NCBI GenBank assembly: GCA_964510955.1
Contig: CAZEDW010000014.1
Coordinates: forward strand, 10,192-74,191
DNA: 64,000 nt
From: an uncultured Phycisphaeraceae bacterium
GTDB lineage: Bacteria > Planctomycetota > Phycisphaerae > Phycisphaerales > UBA1924
Reading direction: 5' to 3'
Part shown: positions 1 through 9,186 of the stretch, piece after piece
Layout of the letters: each line of letters opens with the position of its first letter
Position numbering within the stretch: position 1 is the stretch's first letter
The notes under the pieces: model-generated
The model's database searches: none
What the model was told of the DNA's origin: nothing
The model's input: the letters and a program-made list of their open reading frames with translations, nothing else
Made by a program: the position numbers and the translations under genes

Positions 1-473
1 AGGCGGTGCATCGACACCGGGAACGATGCGCCGCCCTGTTCCAGCGTTCCCGCCGCCAGCCCCGGATCATTCTGGTCCCGCTCCATCTTGAACCGCGCCG
101 GCGGCGATCCCGGGAGCGACAGCAACAACACAATGAGGTTGCCCTCGACCGTCGCCTCGGAAAGTGGAGCCCGGCTGAGGCCCTGCTGCGGGATATCGAG
201 CGTCGCGTCGACACCCGGGCCGGTGGCCTTTGGCTGAACGCGCACGACGAAGCCGAGCTTGAACCCCCCGGCATCGACCTCCCCTTCCCAGGTCTCAGGC
301 CCCGTCAACGCCGGGGTGGCCGGGGGTGCCACTGCTTCGCCCCCGGCCGGCTGTGCCGTGCCACGGCGCTCATTGGGAATTTCCTGGTACTGCGCCGTCG
401 CGGGTGCGGCTCCGCACATAAGCGCCGCAACGGCAAGGGTTTGGAGCATTTGCAGACGGATTGAGCTATTCAT
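1..473 (-). CDS. hypothetical secreted protein, N-terminal part only (gene runs off the left edge)
   Basis: Not in the ORF track because it is edge-truncated. My own reverse-strand reading from the ATG (cat at 471-473) gives MNSSIRLQMLQTLAVAALMCGAAPATAQYQEIP..., which looks like a signal peptide. The frame stays open to base 1. Confidence 0.45.
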   Translation of the reverse strand, partial: MNSSIRLQMLQTLAVAALMCGAAPATAQYQEIPNERRGTAQPAGGEAVAPPATPALTGPETWEGEVDAGGFKLGFVVRVQPKATGPGVDATLDIPQQGLSRAPLSEATVEGNLIVLLLSLPGSPPARFKMERDQNDPGLAAGTLEQGGASFPVSMHR

Positions 474-847
474 GATTGCGCTACCAAAAGAAGGATCGTC
501 AGGCGGGGTGTCGGCCAGGTCGTGCCAGCGTCGCGAGGGTGGGCATCGCGTTCATCTGGGCCGGCTGGCCAGCGGGAAGCCTATCCAAAACAGCGAGGGA
601 ATGGGCCGCATGGGTACCCGCAACGTCGGATGTGAATCTGGCGAATCCTGACACCTGCGACGCACTGGTCACGGGCACGGCCTGGGAGCGCAGACACAAA
701 AAGAACTGGTCTCGGTCGAAATTCACCGCCATCACACGATTTTCGGTTGGCACCATCAAAAATCCGTGATATGGTTGGAATAGGAGACAATCCGGCACCG
801 CGCCGGCACGTCAAAAGAGAGGAATCTCTCGTAGGAGGAAACACGTC

Positions 848-1621
848 ATGCGGAATTTTGTGATTTCTGCGTCTGCGCTCGCGCTCGCTGCTGGCTGCGC
901 GCTGGGTGCCAAGCCCGAGCCCAAGTACCTCGATCGCCTTGCCGACGTCGCCCACGGCGCGTCCGGTGGTGGCGAGCGTAACTACAACTCCAACGGCTTC
1001 GAGGCCCCCGGCTTTGCGCTCGGCGCGATGCCTCAGGGCGGTTGGACGACGCTGGGCACGCTGGTTCCCGGCCTGGGCAACGGCGGTTCGATCTCGAACG
1101 CCAACCCCGCCGCCGGCGCTCAGCACCTGCGCACCTCGAAGGACCCCGCCTTCGGTAACGGCTACTACAACGGCAGCCTGTACAACGTCAACAAGACCAC
1201 CGGCCCGGTCACGACCACCGTCAAGACCTACATCCCCGCCGGTGCGTACGCCGATTACTACTTCTTCGGCATGCGTTCTGACGCCTACTTCGCCTGGGGC
1301 GTCCACATGACCTTCACCGGCACGATCACCAACGCCTTCAGCGGTGGCACCACGATCGGCAACATCATCTACGGTCAGTACGTTGACCTGTCGGTGTCCT
1401 ACAACAACGGCACCGAGACCATCACGTACAACGGCGCGACCCTGTACAGCGGCGCTACCGGCTTCACCGTCAACCAGTACGACTACGTCTGGTGCGGCTC
1501 TGATAACTGGCAGCTCAGCGGCGAGAACGCCGACTGGGACAACCTGACCGTCAGCCCCGCCCCCGGCGCGGCCGGTCTCCTCGGCCTCGGCGCGCTCGCC
1601 GGCCTCCGCCGTCGTCGCTAA
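848..1621 (+). CDS. PEP-CTERM sorting-domain secreted protein
   Basis: 257 aa. Signal peptide MRNFVISASALALAAGCALG, a Gly/Thr/Asn/Tyr-rich body, and a C-terminal VSPAPGAAGLLGLGALAGLRRRR (P-x-P, hydrophobic helix, Arg cluster). GGAGG lies 9 nt upstream of the ATG. Confidence 0.85.
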   Translation: MRNFVISASALALAAGCALGAKPEPKYLDRLADVAHGASGGGERNYNSNGFEAPGFALGAMPQGGWTTLGTLVPGLGNGGSISNANPAAGAQHLRTSKDPAFGNGYYNGSLYNVNKTTGPVTTTVKTYIPAGAYADYYFFGMRSDAYFAWGVHMTFTGTITNAFSGGTTIGNIIYGQYVDLSVSYNNGTETITYNGATLYSGATGFTVNQYDYVWCGSDNWQLSGENADWDNLTVSPAPGAAGLLGLGALAGLRRRR

Positions 1622-1759
1622 TCCGAGTACCTGCGAGAGTTCACTCTCAAATGACTCCACCAGCCCCGTGGCCTCGCGCCACGGGGCTTGTTTACTTTTG
1701 CGCCCGGCGCCCTACACTCGCCCCGTTGCCGGTCCACATCGCTGGGCGGCTTCGCCCGC

Positions 1760-3460
1760 ATGAAGAGTCCGGAACTTGTCCTGCAACAGGCGTGCGACCT
1801 GCACCAGCGTGGGGACCTGGGGGCCGCGATCACCCTGTACCGCAAGGCCCTGGCACTCCGGCCCGGTGCCGGCGTCGGCTGGTACAACCTGGGCTGCGCC
1901 CTGAGGGACACCGGGGACGTGCGGCTCGCCGCGGAAGCGCTCAGAAAAGCGGGCACGCTCCTGCCCGCCGACTGGGACTGCTGCCTTGCCCTGAGCCGAA
2001 TCGAGGAACTTCTGGGCCGCAGGCAAGCGTGTGCCGCTGTCTGGCACGGCCTGGCGAAGCTGCGACCGACGGATCCCCGGGCCCACGAAGCGCTGCTGCG
2101 TGAGCTGATCCGAATGCACCGGATCGACGAAGCCGTCGGCGTTGCCCGGGACGCCGCGGCTCGATTCCCGAGCGACCCTGATCTGGTAATGGCTTGGATA
2201 CGCCTCGCTCAGCGGTCCGGGCAGCTCGACGCGGCGCGGGAGGCTGCCGAGCGTCTCAAGGCCGCCGGGCAGGCGGTCCGAGAAGCCGACCTCGAACTGG
2301 CTCGATTGGACGCACGGTCCGGTGACGCCGCGCGCGCTGAGGCCGCGCTGGAAGAGATCATCCGCGCCGGCGACAGCGACGAAGCGGGCGCCTCGGCCCA
2401 CCTCGACCTGGCCGAGCTGCTCGACAAGCGCGGCGACTGCGACAACGCATTCGAGCACGCCGCCGCCGGCAAGGCCCGCCAACTGGCTTCTCTCCCCGAG
2501 CCTTCCCGTGACCCCGGTGAGGCGCTCCGCTTCATCGCGGACCTCGGCGAGTGGGCCAAAGACGGTTCAGCCGCGGGCTGGCCCACGGAGCCTCCCAAAC
2601 AGGGTCGGGGGTCCGGAGGCCCTTCCGGGGGCGGGTCCGGGGGCGGGTCCGGGGGCGGGTCCGGGGGCGGGTCTGGGGGCGGGTCCGGGGGCGCGGATTC
2701 GCGCCCTCCCGTGTTCGTGCTGGGTTTTCCCAGGACCGGCACGACACTGCTGGAGCAGATACTTGCTGCTCACCCGAACCTTCTGGCGACCGACGAGATC
2801 CCGCTGATCTACCCGGTCCGGATGTCGCTGCACCACGAGTTCGCCCCGCGGACCGGCTATCCCAAGTGGCTTTCATCGCTGTCGTCGCGTCAGGTCGCAC
2901 GGGCACGCGAGATGTACGCCGAACTGGCTTCCTGGCACATGGGGCCGGCGCTGAACGGGAAACGACTGGTGGACAAGCAGCCATTGAATACATGGGAGCT
3001 CCCGCTCATCCGGCGCCTGTTCCCCGAATCGCCCGTGATCGTCGTCCTCCGCGACCCGCGCGATACCTGCCTGAGCTGCTTCTTCCAGCCGCTCACCAAC
3101 ATCCCCGCGTTCTACCGGCTGGACTGGACGGCGGACCTGTACGCCGCGCTGATGGGCCTTTGGCTGCAGCTCCGGGCCACGCTGGGTCTGCGGTATCTCG
3201 AGGTGCGGTACGAGGATCTGGTGCATGACACCCCCGGCACCGCGCGAAAGGTCCTCGATTTCATCGGCGAGCGGTGGGACGACGGGGTGCTCAAGTTCTT
3301 CGAGGCCCGCGCCGGGAGGGTGGTCGTGACACCCAGCGACTCGGCCGTGCGCCGCCCGGTTTACACCACTTCCGCCGCGCGCTGGAAGCGGTATGAGCGC
3401 CACGTCGCCCCGATCCAGCAGACCCTCCGCCCGTTCGTCGAGGCGTTCGGCTACGCCTGA
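1760..3460 (+). CDS. TPR-repeat sulfotransferase family protein
   Basis: Track ORF is 1688..3460; the ATG at 1760 (MKSPELVLQQA) is preferred. N-terminal TPR-like repeats (AITLYRKALALRPGAGVGWYNLGCAL), a Gly-Ser linker, and a sulfotransferase core with PAPS motifs FVLGFPRTGTTLLEQ and VVLRDPRDTCLS. Confidence 0.85.
   Translation: MKSPELVLQQACDLHQRGDLGAAITLYRKALALRPGAGVGWYNLGCALRDTGDVRLAAEALRKAGTLLPADWDCCLALSRIEELLGRRQACAAVWHGLAKLRPTDPRAHEALLRELIRMHRIDEAVGVARDAAARFPSDPDLVMAWIRLAQRSGQLDAAREAAERLKAAGQAVREADLELARLDARSGDAARAEAALEEIIRAGDSDEAGASAHLDLAELLDKRGDCDNAFEHAAAGKARQLASLPEPSRDPGEALRFIADLGEWAKDGSAAGWPTEPPKQGRGSGGPSGGGSGGGSGGGSGGGSGGGSGGADSRPPVFVLGFPRTGTTLLEQILAAHPNLLATDEIPLIYPVRMSLHHEFAPRTGYPKWLSSLSSRQVARAREMYAELASWHMGPALNGKRLVDKQPLNTWELPLIRRLFPESPVIVVLRDPRDTCLSCFFQPLTNIPAFYRLDWTADLYAALMGLWLQLRATLGLRYLEVRYEDLVHDTPGTARKVLDFIGERWDDGVLKFFEARAGRVVVTPSDSAVRRPVYTTSAARWKRYERHVAPIQQTLRPFVEAFGYA
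2627..2693 (+). repeat. 12-nt tandem repeat (GGGGGCGGGTCC, about 5.5 copies) inside the sulfotransferase CDS, encoding a (GGGS)n linker
   Basis: Direct reading gives five consecutive 12-mers with one C-to-T variant at 2674, followed by a partial copy. Translation is GGGSGGGSGGGSGGGSGGGSGG. Confidence 0.9.
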
Positions 3461-3505
3461 CCGCCGCGGCGCCAAACTCCGCTAAGCTGCGCCCGCGCCA
3501 ACCGC

Positions 3506-5164
3506 ATGAGCAACCCGCAAGCGATGTTCCAGCAGGCCCAGGCCCTTCACCGAGAGGGTGAGCTGGACCGTGCGATCGAGCTCTACCGCAAGTGCACCTC
3601 CGCCACGCCCCGGGTCGGGGCCCCGTGGTACTACCTCGGCCTCGCGCTGCACGCCCGGCTCAGGCTGCCCGCGTCGGCGGAAGCTCTCGCCAAGGCCTCC
3701 TCACTGCTTCCCGGCGACCTCTCGGTTCGCGGCACCTATGCGACGGTCGAGGTCATGCTCGGGCGATTCGACCGCGCCATCCGCGCGTGGCGTGACCTTG
3801 TCGCCTCCGTGCCATCGAGCATCGAGGCGCGCCTCGGATTGGCCCAGTGCCTGTTCGAGCTGCGCCGGCCCGAAGAGGCGATGCAGGTGCTGGACGAGGC
3901 GCTGGCACGCCCCGGCTGGGACGCCGACGGGCGCCTGCTGCGGGCACGCCTGCGGTTCGCCGAGCGGCTCGGACACACGCAGGTCGCCTCGCGCGACGCC
4001 GCGACGCTGCTGGCGCAGCACCCCGGCGACCCCGAGGCTGCCCTGTACGCCTCGCGGCTTCCGCTGCCCCCCGGCGCCCCGGACGAGGCCAGCGAACGCC
4101 GGCGATTGCTCGACCTGGCCGTTGGCGGCGATCCGCGCAGCTACATCACCGGCCTGGCCCACCTCGACCTCGGCAAGCTGCTGGAGAAAGAGCGCAACTA
4201 CGACGGCGCCTTCGCCGCCGTCACCCGTGGCAAGCAGCTTCTCTTCGACATCGAGACCCCCGAGAACCGCGCCCACGAGCTGTACATGACGCATGTGCGG
4301 TCGTTCGAGCAGCGCGTCAGCCCCGACTGGGGCGCGGCGTGGGACGCGGAGCCGGCCGCATCATCCAGGAAGACCGGGATCGCCGAGCCGGCCCCCGCGT
4401 TCATCGTCGGGTTTCCGCGCACCGGCACCACGCTTCTGGAGCAGATCCTCAACGCCCACCCGGCCCTGCACGCCACCGATGAGTTGCCGGTGCTCCAGCC
4501 CGTCCGCGACGTGCTGCAGGAGCACTTCGTCGGACGCGAGGCCTACCCCACGTGGCTCGGCAAGCTCACGCCGCGCCAGCTCGAGCAGGGCCGCGAGGCC
4601 TACTGGAACCGCGCCCGCTGGTACTGCGGCGAAGCACTCAATGGCAAGAAGCTTGTCGACAAGCAACCCCTCAACCTCTCGCACCTCCCGCTCGCCAAGC
4701 GCCTGTTCCCCAAGGCCCCCGTCATCGTCGTCATCCGCGACCCCCGCGACACCTGCCTGAGCTGCTTCTTCCAGCCCATGCGCGGCGTGCCCGCCTTCTA
4801 CAACCTTGACCACACCGCCGAGCTCTACGTCGCGCTCATGGACCTGTGGGCCTATTACAAGCGCGTTCTTAACCTGAACTTCATGGAACTCCGCTATGAA
4901 GACCTGGTCGCCGACCCCGAGGCCAAGGCCCGCGAGGTGCTCGCGTTCCTGGGCGTCGACTGGAACCCCGAGGTCCTGAAGTTCTACGAGCCCAAGCACC
5001 GCAGAATGATCACCACCCCGAGCTACCAGGACGTGACCCGCCCCGTCTACAGCAGCGCCAAGGCCCGCTGGCGAAACTACGAGCGCCACATGACCGGGGC
5101 GTTGAAAACGCTGGCAGGCAAGGTGGAGCAGCTTGGTTATGAGCCTTGGAACCCGACCGGATAA
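3506..5164 (+). CDS. TPR-repeat sulfotransferase family protein (tandem paralog)
   Basis: 552 aa. TPR-like N-terminus (AIELYRKCTSATPRVGAPWYYLGLAL). The C-terminal core FIVGFPRTGTTLLEQILNAHP ... VVIRDPRDTCLSCFFQP is nearly colinear with the upstream paralog. Confidence 0.85.
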   Translation: MSNPQAMFQQAQALHREGELDRAIELYRKCTSATPRVGAPWYYLGLALHARLRLPASAEALAKASSLLPGDLSVRGTYATVEVMLGRFDRAIRAWRDLVASVPSSIEARLGLAQCLFELRRPEEAMQVLDEALARPGWDADGRLLRARLRFAERLGHTQVASRDAATLLAQHPGDPEAALYASRLPLPPGAPDEASERRRLLDLAVGGDPRSYITGLAHLDLGKLLEKERNYDGAFAAVTRGKQLLFDIETPENRAHELYMTHVRSFEQRVSPDWGAAWDAEPAASSRKTGIAEPAPAFIVGFPRTGTTLLEQILNAHPALHATDELPVLQPVRDVLQEHFVGREAYPTWLGKLTPRQLEQGREAYWNRARWYCGEALNGKKLVDKQPLNLSHLPLAKRLFPKAPVIVVIRDPRDTCLSCFFQPMRGVPAFYNLDHTAELYVALMDLWAYYKRVLNLNFMELRYEDLVADPEAKAREVLAFLGVDWNPEVLKFYEPKHRRMITTPSYQDVTRPVYSSAKARWRNYERHMTGALKTLAGKVEQLGYEPWNPTG

Positions 5165-5235
5165 CCGCCCCGCGGGCGGACCGGTTGCGAGCAAGCCCCG
5201 TACAATCCCGGTCGGATCGCAAAGCAGCCCGGGCC

Positions 5236-6045
5236 ATGACCACACAAACTACCAATACCCCGATTTCGTCCGGTGCAGAAGACGCCGGGTTCGCCAATAC
5301 CCCCGGCGCGCGCTGGGCGGGTGGGGGTCGCTCGCCCGCCGCCGGGGCCCTGACCGGCCGCGGCCTTGGCATCGAACCCGCCGACATCTCCAAGCTCCCG
5401 GGCCGCCTGGTTGTCGTCGAGGGCACCGACGGCGTGGGTCGCTCCACCCAGGTGGCGCTGCTCCGCGAGTGGCTCGAGAACCGCGGGTTCGGCGTGGCCC
5501 ACACCGCCCTCACGCGCAGCCGTCTCGCGGGCGAGGGGCTCCGGCGGGCCAAGGAAGGGCACACGCTCGGGCGGCTGACGATGGACCTTTTCTACGCCAC
5601 CGACCTGGCCGACCGGATCGAGAACCAGGTGCTGCCCGCGCTGCGGGCGGGGTTCGTGGTGCTGACGGACCGGTACGTTTACTCGGTGATGGCGCGTTCG
5701 ATCGTGCGCGGCGTCGATCCGGCGTGGATCCGCGACGTGTACCGCTTTGCGCCGCTGCCGCACGCGGTCTTCTACCTCAAGTGCGACATGGACCACCTGG
5801 CCCCGCGCGTGCTGGCGGCGGGGGGGTTCGACTACTGGGAGTCGGGCATGGACTTTCAGGAGGAGAACGACGTGCATCAGTCGTTCGTCCGCTACCAGCA
5901 GCGGCTGCTCAGCGTGTTCGACCACCTCACCGCCCAGTACGGGTTTACGGTGGTCGACGGCAACCGCGACGTGGCTCCCGTGTTCGCCGACCTGAGCGCC
6001 GGGGTCTTGAAGGTCGTCAGCACCATGAGCGGCGCACGGGGATGA
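5236..6045 (+). CDS. thymidylate kinase-like P-loop kinase with an atypical Walker A (GVGRST)
   Basis: Track ORF is 5146..6045; the ATG at 5236 (MTTQTTNTP) is preferred. Contains VVVEGTDGVGRSTQVALLREWL, a VLTDRYVYS motif, and a low-complexity N-terminal extension of about 55 aa. Confidence 0.7.
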   Translation: MTTQTTNTPISSGAEDAGFANTPGARWAGGGRSPAAGALTGRGLGIEPADISKLPGRLVVVEGTDGVGRSTQVALLREWLENRGFGVAHTALTRSRLAGEGLRRAKEGHTLGRLTMDLFYATDLADRIENQVLPALRAGFVVLTDRYVYSVMARSIVRGVDPAWIRDVYRFAPLPHAVFYLKCDMDHLAPRVLAAGGFDYWESGMDFQEENDVHQSFVRYQQRLLSVFDHLTAQYGFTVVDGNRDVAPVFADLSAGVLKVVSTMSGARG

Positions 6046-6048
6046 ACC

Positions 6049-7371
6049 ATGCTCACCAGCGCGCCCAACCCCAGCGACAACCCGCCCGACCCGGCGCTGC
6101 GTCCTGAGTTGAGCGTGACCGACGCCGCGGGCTCGATGCTGCACGCGCGGTTCGAGGCGGTGTCGAGGGCGTGCGCCGATCTGCGGGCCAACCCGCACGG
6201 GGTGTCGGAGACGCACCTGCTCAGGGTTTCAACCCGGCGTGCCACGGCGGCGCTGCGCGTCTTCAAGCCCCACCTCGACCCCGCGCTGGTGGCCAAGGCC
6301 GGGCGCCTGTTGCGCAAGCTGCGGCGCTCCGCCGGCGGCGTGCGGGCGTGCGACGTGCAGCAGTCGATCCTCGACGCAATGTCATCCGATATTCCCGGGA
6401 CGCCATCGACGGGCGCCCCCGAGGCCGGCGTGGCCGCGGAGCTCATCATCGGGCGCATCGAGAAACGCCGCGAGGCGTCGCGCCGCAAGCTGGCCGCGGC
6501 GTGTGAACGCTGGTCGCCCGAGCGCATCGCCCGCCTTTCGGAAAAACTCGTCACGTCGCTGCACCTGGCGCTCAACCCGATGGAGCGCCTGTCGGGCGTG
6601 GCGTTCACCCACGCGCTCAGCCCCACCCGCCTGGGTCCCTGCGCCCGCGCCGCGGTCGAGCTCGCCGCCACGCGGCTGTGGGAGCTCGACACTCCCGCGC
6701 CCGATTTCGAGGGCCTGCACCAGCTGCGTCTGGCCGGCAAGCGGCTGCGCTATGTGCTCGAGCTGATCGGCCCCTGCCTGAACGAAGAGGCCGCCGACGC
6801 CAGCGTCACCACCCTCCGCAAGTTCCAGGACCGCCTGGGCGACATCAACGACCGTCACGAGCTGGCCCAGCGCGTTGAACGCGTCAGCGCCAAGCTGGGC
6901 CTGCGGCCCGGCGGCAAGGCGGCCCGCGGCTTCGCCTCGCTGCGGGCACGCCTGCTGCGCGACCGCGACGAGGGGCGCGCCGACTTCGCCCTCTGGTGGC
7001 CGCACCGGCGCGCCAAGCTGTTCGAGGCGGTCGAGAAACTCACCGGACGCGCGTTCGTCGGCCCCGGCGAGGTCCCGGTTCCGCTCGCAGCGCCGGCGGG
7101 GCCCGCCGAACCGAGCGCGGCGGGCCGGGCGGAAAACGTCGAGGCGCCCGTGATCTCGCTCCCGGGCGCCCAGGTCGAACTCGCCCCTCACGCCGCGGCC
7201 CAGCCGGCGCCGCTGAACGGGGCCCACGCCCCGCAGCACGCCGCCGCCAAGTCCGCTGGGCAGCGAGAGCCGGGACCGCAAACCGTCGATAGTCTTTCCA
7301 CTGAGATAGACTCGGCCATCTCTGCGGCGGAGCGGATGTTGAACTCGAACTCGACCGGAGCGCTCGCATGA
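6049..7371 (+). CDS. CHAD domain-containing protein
   Basis: 440 aa. CHAD-type helices ETHLLRVSTRRATAALRVFKPHL and LHQLRLAGKRLRYVLELIGP, with an Ala/Pro-rich C-terminal tail. Starts 4 nt after the preceding stop. Confidence 0.75.
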   Translation: MLTSAPNPSDNPPDPALRPELSVTDAAGSMLHARFEAVSRACADLRANPHGVSETHLLRVSTRRATAALRVFKPHLDPALVAKAGRLLRKLRRSAGGVRACDVQQSILDAMSSDIPGTPSTGAPEAGVAAELIIGRIEKRREASRRKLAAACERWSPERIARLSEKLVTSLHLALNPMERLSGVAFTHALSPTRLGPCARAAVELAATRLWELDTPAPDFEGLHQLRLAGKRLRYVLELIGPCLNEEAADASVTTLRKFQDRLGDINDRHELAQRVERVSAKLGLRPGGKAARGFASLRARLLRDRDEGRADFALWWPHRRAKLFEAVEKLTGRAFVGPGEVPVPLAAPAGPAEPSAAGRAENVEAPVISLPGAQVELAPHAAAQPAPLNGAHAPQHAAAKSAGQREPGPQTVDSLSTEIDSAISAAERMLNSNSTGALA

Positions 7372-9128
7372 GTCTGGGCAACGGAATGCCGCAGCCATCA
7401 GAACCCGGCTTTGTTCCGCCCGACGGGGCGCGGGCGAGCAAGCGCCTCGCGGCGATCGACGTGGGCACCAACTCGATCCGCCTCATCGTGGTCGAGGCGA
7501 GCAGCGACGGGACCTACCGGTTGCTCGACGATGAAAAGGCGATCACCCGCCTGGGGCGCGGCTTCCACGAGGACGGCCTGCTGCACCCCGGCCCCATGGA
7601 GGACTCGGTCCATGCCATCGCCCGCATGCGCGGGATCGCCGAGGGCTACGGCGTCGAGCGCCTGCGGTGCGTCGGCACCGCCGCGGTGCGTGAGGCGACC
7701 AACGGCGCCGCATTCGTAGCGATGGTGCGCGAGCGCGCGGGCGTGACGCTCGAGCCGATCAGCGCTCAGGAAGAGGCCCGCCTGGCCTTCAGCAGCGTCT
7801 CCGCCGCGTTCGACCTGTCGCACATGCCCGCGGCGGTGGTGGACGTGGGGGGCGGCTCCACCGAGATCGTGATGTGCTCGCGCGGGGCGGTGGAAGAGGT
7901 CTTCACGCTCCCCTTGGGGGCGGTGCGGTTGACCGAGCGCTACGGCGACTGCGGCGCCGACGACGACGCGGGGTTCTCAAAGATGCGCCGAAAGGTGCGG
8001 CGCATGGTGAAGGAAAGCGTCGAGCGGCTGCCCTTTGTTCCGCAGGTCATGTTCGGCACCGGCGGGACGTTCACCGCCCTGGCGAGCGTGTCGATGCAGC
8101 GCGGGGCGGCCCGCGACGGGTCTGAGGTGCTGCCCTTCGCGGTGCGCGGCTACGAGCTGGGCCGGGCCGACGTGCGCCACGTGCAGGACTGGCTGCGTGA
8201 CCTTCCGCTGCGGTCCCGCTCGCGCGTCGCGGGCCTCAGCCCGGACCGGGCCGAGATCATCATCGCCGGCCTGACGATCGTCGAGAGCGTGATGAAGCGG
8301 CTGGGCGCCAACACCCTGCGGGTCCACGACCGCGGGATCCGCGACGGGATCATCCTGCAGATGATCGCCGAGGCCTTCGGCACCAGGTCCGGCAACGATG
8401 CCGGCTCCCCCGGAGCCCCCAAGAGCGAGCCGCGCGACCGGATGCGGGCGGTGCGCCAGTTCGCCGCCTCGTGCCGCTACGAGGAGCCGCACTGCCGGCA
8501 CGTCACGGAACTCGCCCTTTCGATCTTTGATCAGCTCCGGGGGATGCGCGGCTTCACCGACGGTGACGCCGACGGGGCGTGGCGCTCGCCCGGCGCTCGC
8601 GAGCTTCTGCAGGCAGCCTCGCTGCTGCACGACATCGGCTACATCATCAACTACGCCAAGCACCACAAGCACAGCTACCACCTGATCGTCCACGCCGAGA
8701 TGCCGGGGTTTACCAGCCGCGAGGTCGAGGTGATCGCCAACGTGGCCCGCTACCACCGGCGCGCCCTCCCGAGCGTGAAGAAGCACCCGGCGTTCCGGGC
8801 GCTGTGCGAGGCCGACCGCGAACTGGTCCGCAAGCTGGCGGCGATCCTCCGACTGGCCGACGGGCTCGACCGCACGCACACCCAATCGGTGTCGGGCGTA
8901 AAGCTCTCACGGCGCGCCGGCGGGCTGTTGCTGGGGGTCGAGTCCGCGAGCGACATCGGGTTCGACCTGTGGGCCGCTCAAACCAAGGGCGAGTTGTTCG
9001 AGCGCGCGTTCGGCGTGACGGTCCGGGTGGACTGGGCCAACCGGCCGCAGCCCGCGGATCGGGAGACGCCACCGCGCGACGCCCCCAAACGCCGCCACCC
9101 CGCCCGCCCGCCCGGCGCCCGTGCCTGA
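7368..9128 (+). CDS. Ppx/GppA family exopolyphosphatase / guanosine pentaphosphate phosphohydrolase with C-terminal HD domain
   Basis: 586 aa. N-terminal AAIDVGTNSIRLIVVE and VVDVGGGSTEIV (ASKHA fold). C-terminal LLHDIGYIINYAKHHKHSYHLI (HD). ATGA overlap with the CHAD stop. Confidence 0.88.
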   Translation: MSLGNGMPQPSEPGFVPPDGARASKRLAAIDVGTNSIRLIVVEASSDGTYRLLDDEKAITRLGRGFHEDGLLHPGPMEDSVHAIARMRGIAEGYGVERLRCVGTAAVREATNGAAFVAMVRERAGVTLEPISAQEEARLAFSSVSAAFDLSHMPAAVVDVGGGSTEIVMCSRGAVEEVFTLPLGAVRLTERYGDCGADDDAGFSKMRRKVRRMVKESVERLPFVPQVMFGTGGTFTALASVSMQRGAARDGSEVLPFAVRGYELGRADVRHVQDWLRDLPLRSRSRVAGLSPDRAEIIIAGLTIVESVMKRLGANTLRVHDRGIRDGIILQMIAEAFGTRSGNDAGSPGAPKSEPRDRMRAVRQFAASCRYEEPHCRHVTELALSIFDQLRGMRGFTDGDADGAWRSPGARELLQAASLLHDIGYIINYAKHHKHSYHLIVHAEMPGFTSREVEVIANVARYHRRALPSVKKHPAFRALCEADRELVRKLAAILRLADGLDRTHTQSVSGVKLSRRAGGLLLGVESASDIGFDLWAAQTKGELFERAFGVTVRVDWANRPQPADRETPPRDAPKRRHPARPPGARA

Positions 9129-9186
9129 CGGCGCACCCGGCCTATCGTCCCGGCTCGTTCCCTCCCAACAGCTCCTCCGCGCCCGC

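Noticed and set aside
748-765. Sigma-54-like TGGCAC upstream of the first PEP-CTERM gene
   Set aside because: The -24-like TGGCAC is followed by CATCAAAAATCC, and there is no TTGC(-12) element at the required spacing.
581-1660. 359-aa minus-strand ORF
   Set aside because: It is antisense to the PEP-CTERM gene at 848..1621 and extends into the upstream leader. Its composition looks non-coding.
2603-2693. Possible CRISPR-like or other spaced repeat
   Set aside because: The units are directly tandem 12-mers with no spacers. They lie in frame inside a CDS and encode a Gly-Ser linker, so this is not a CRISPR array.
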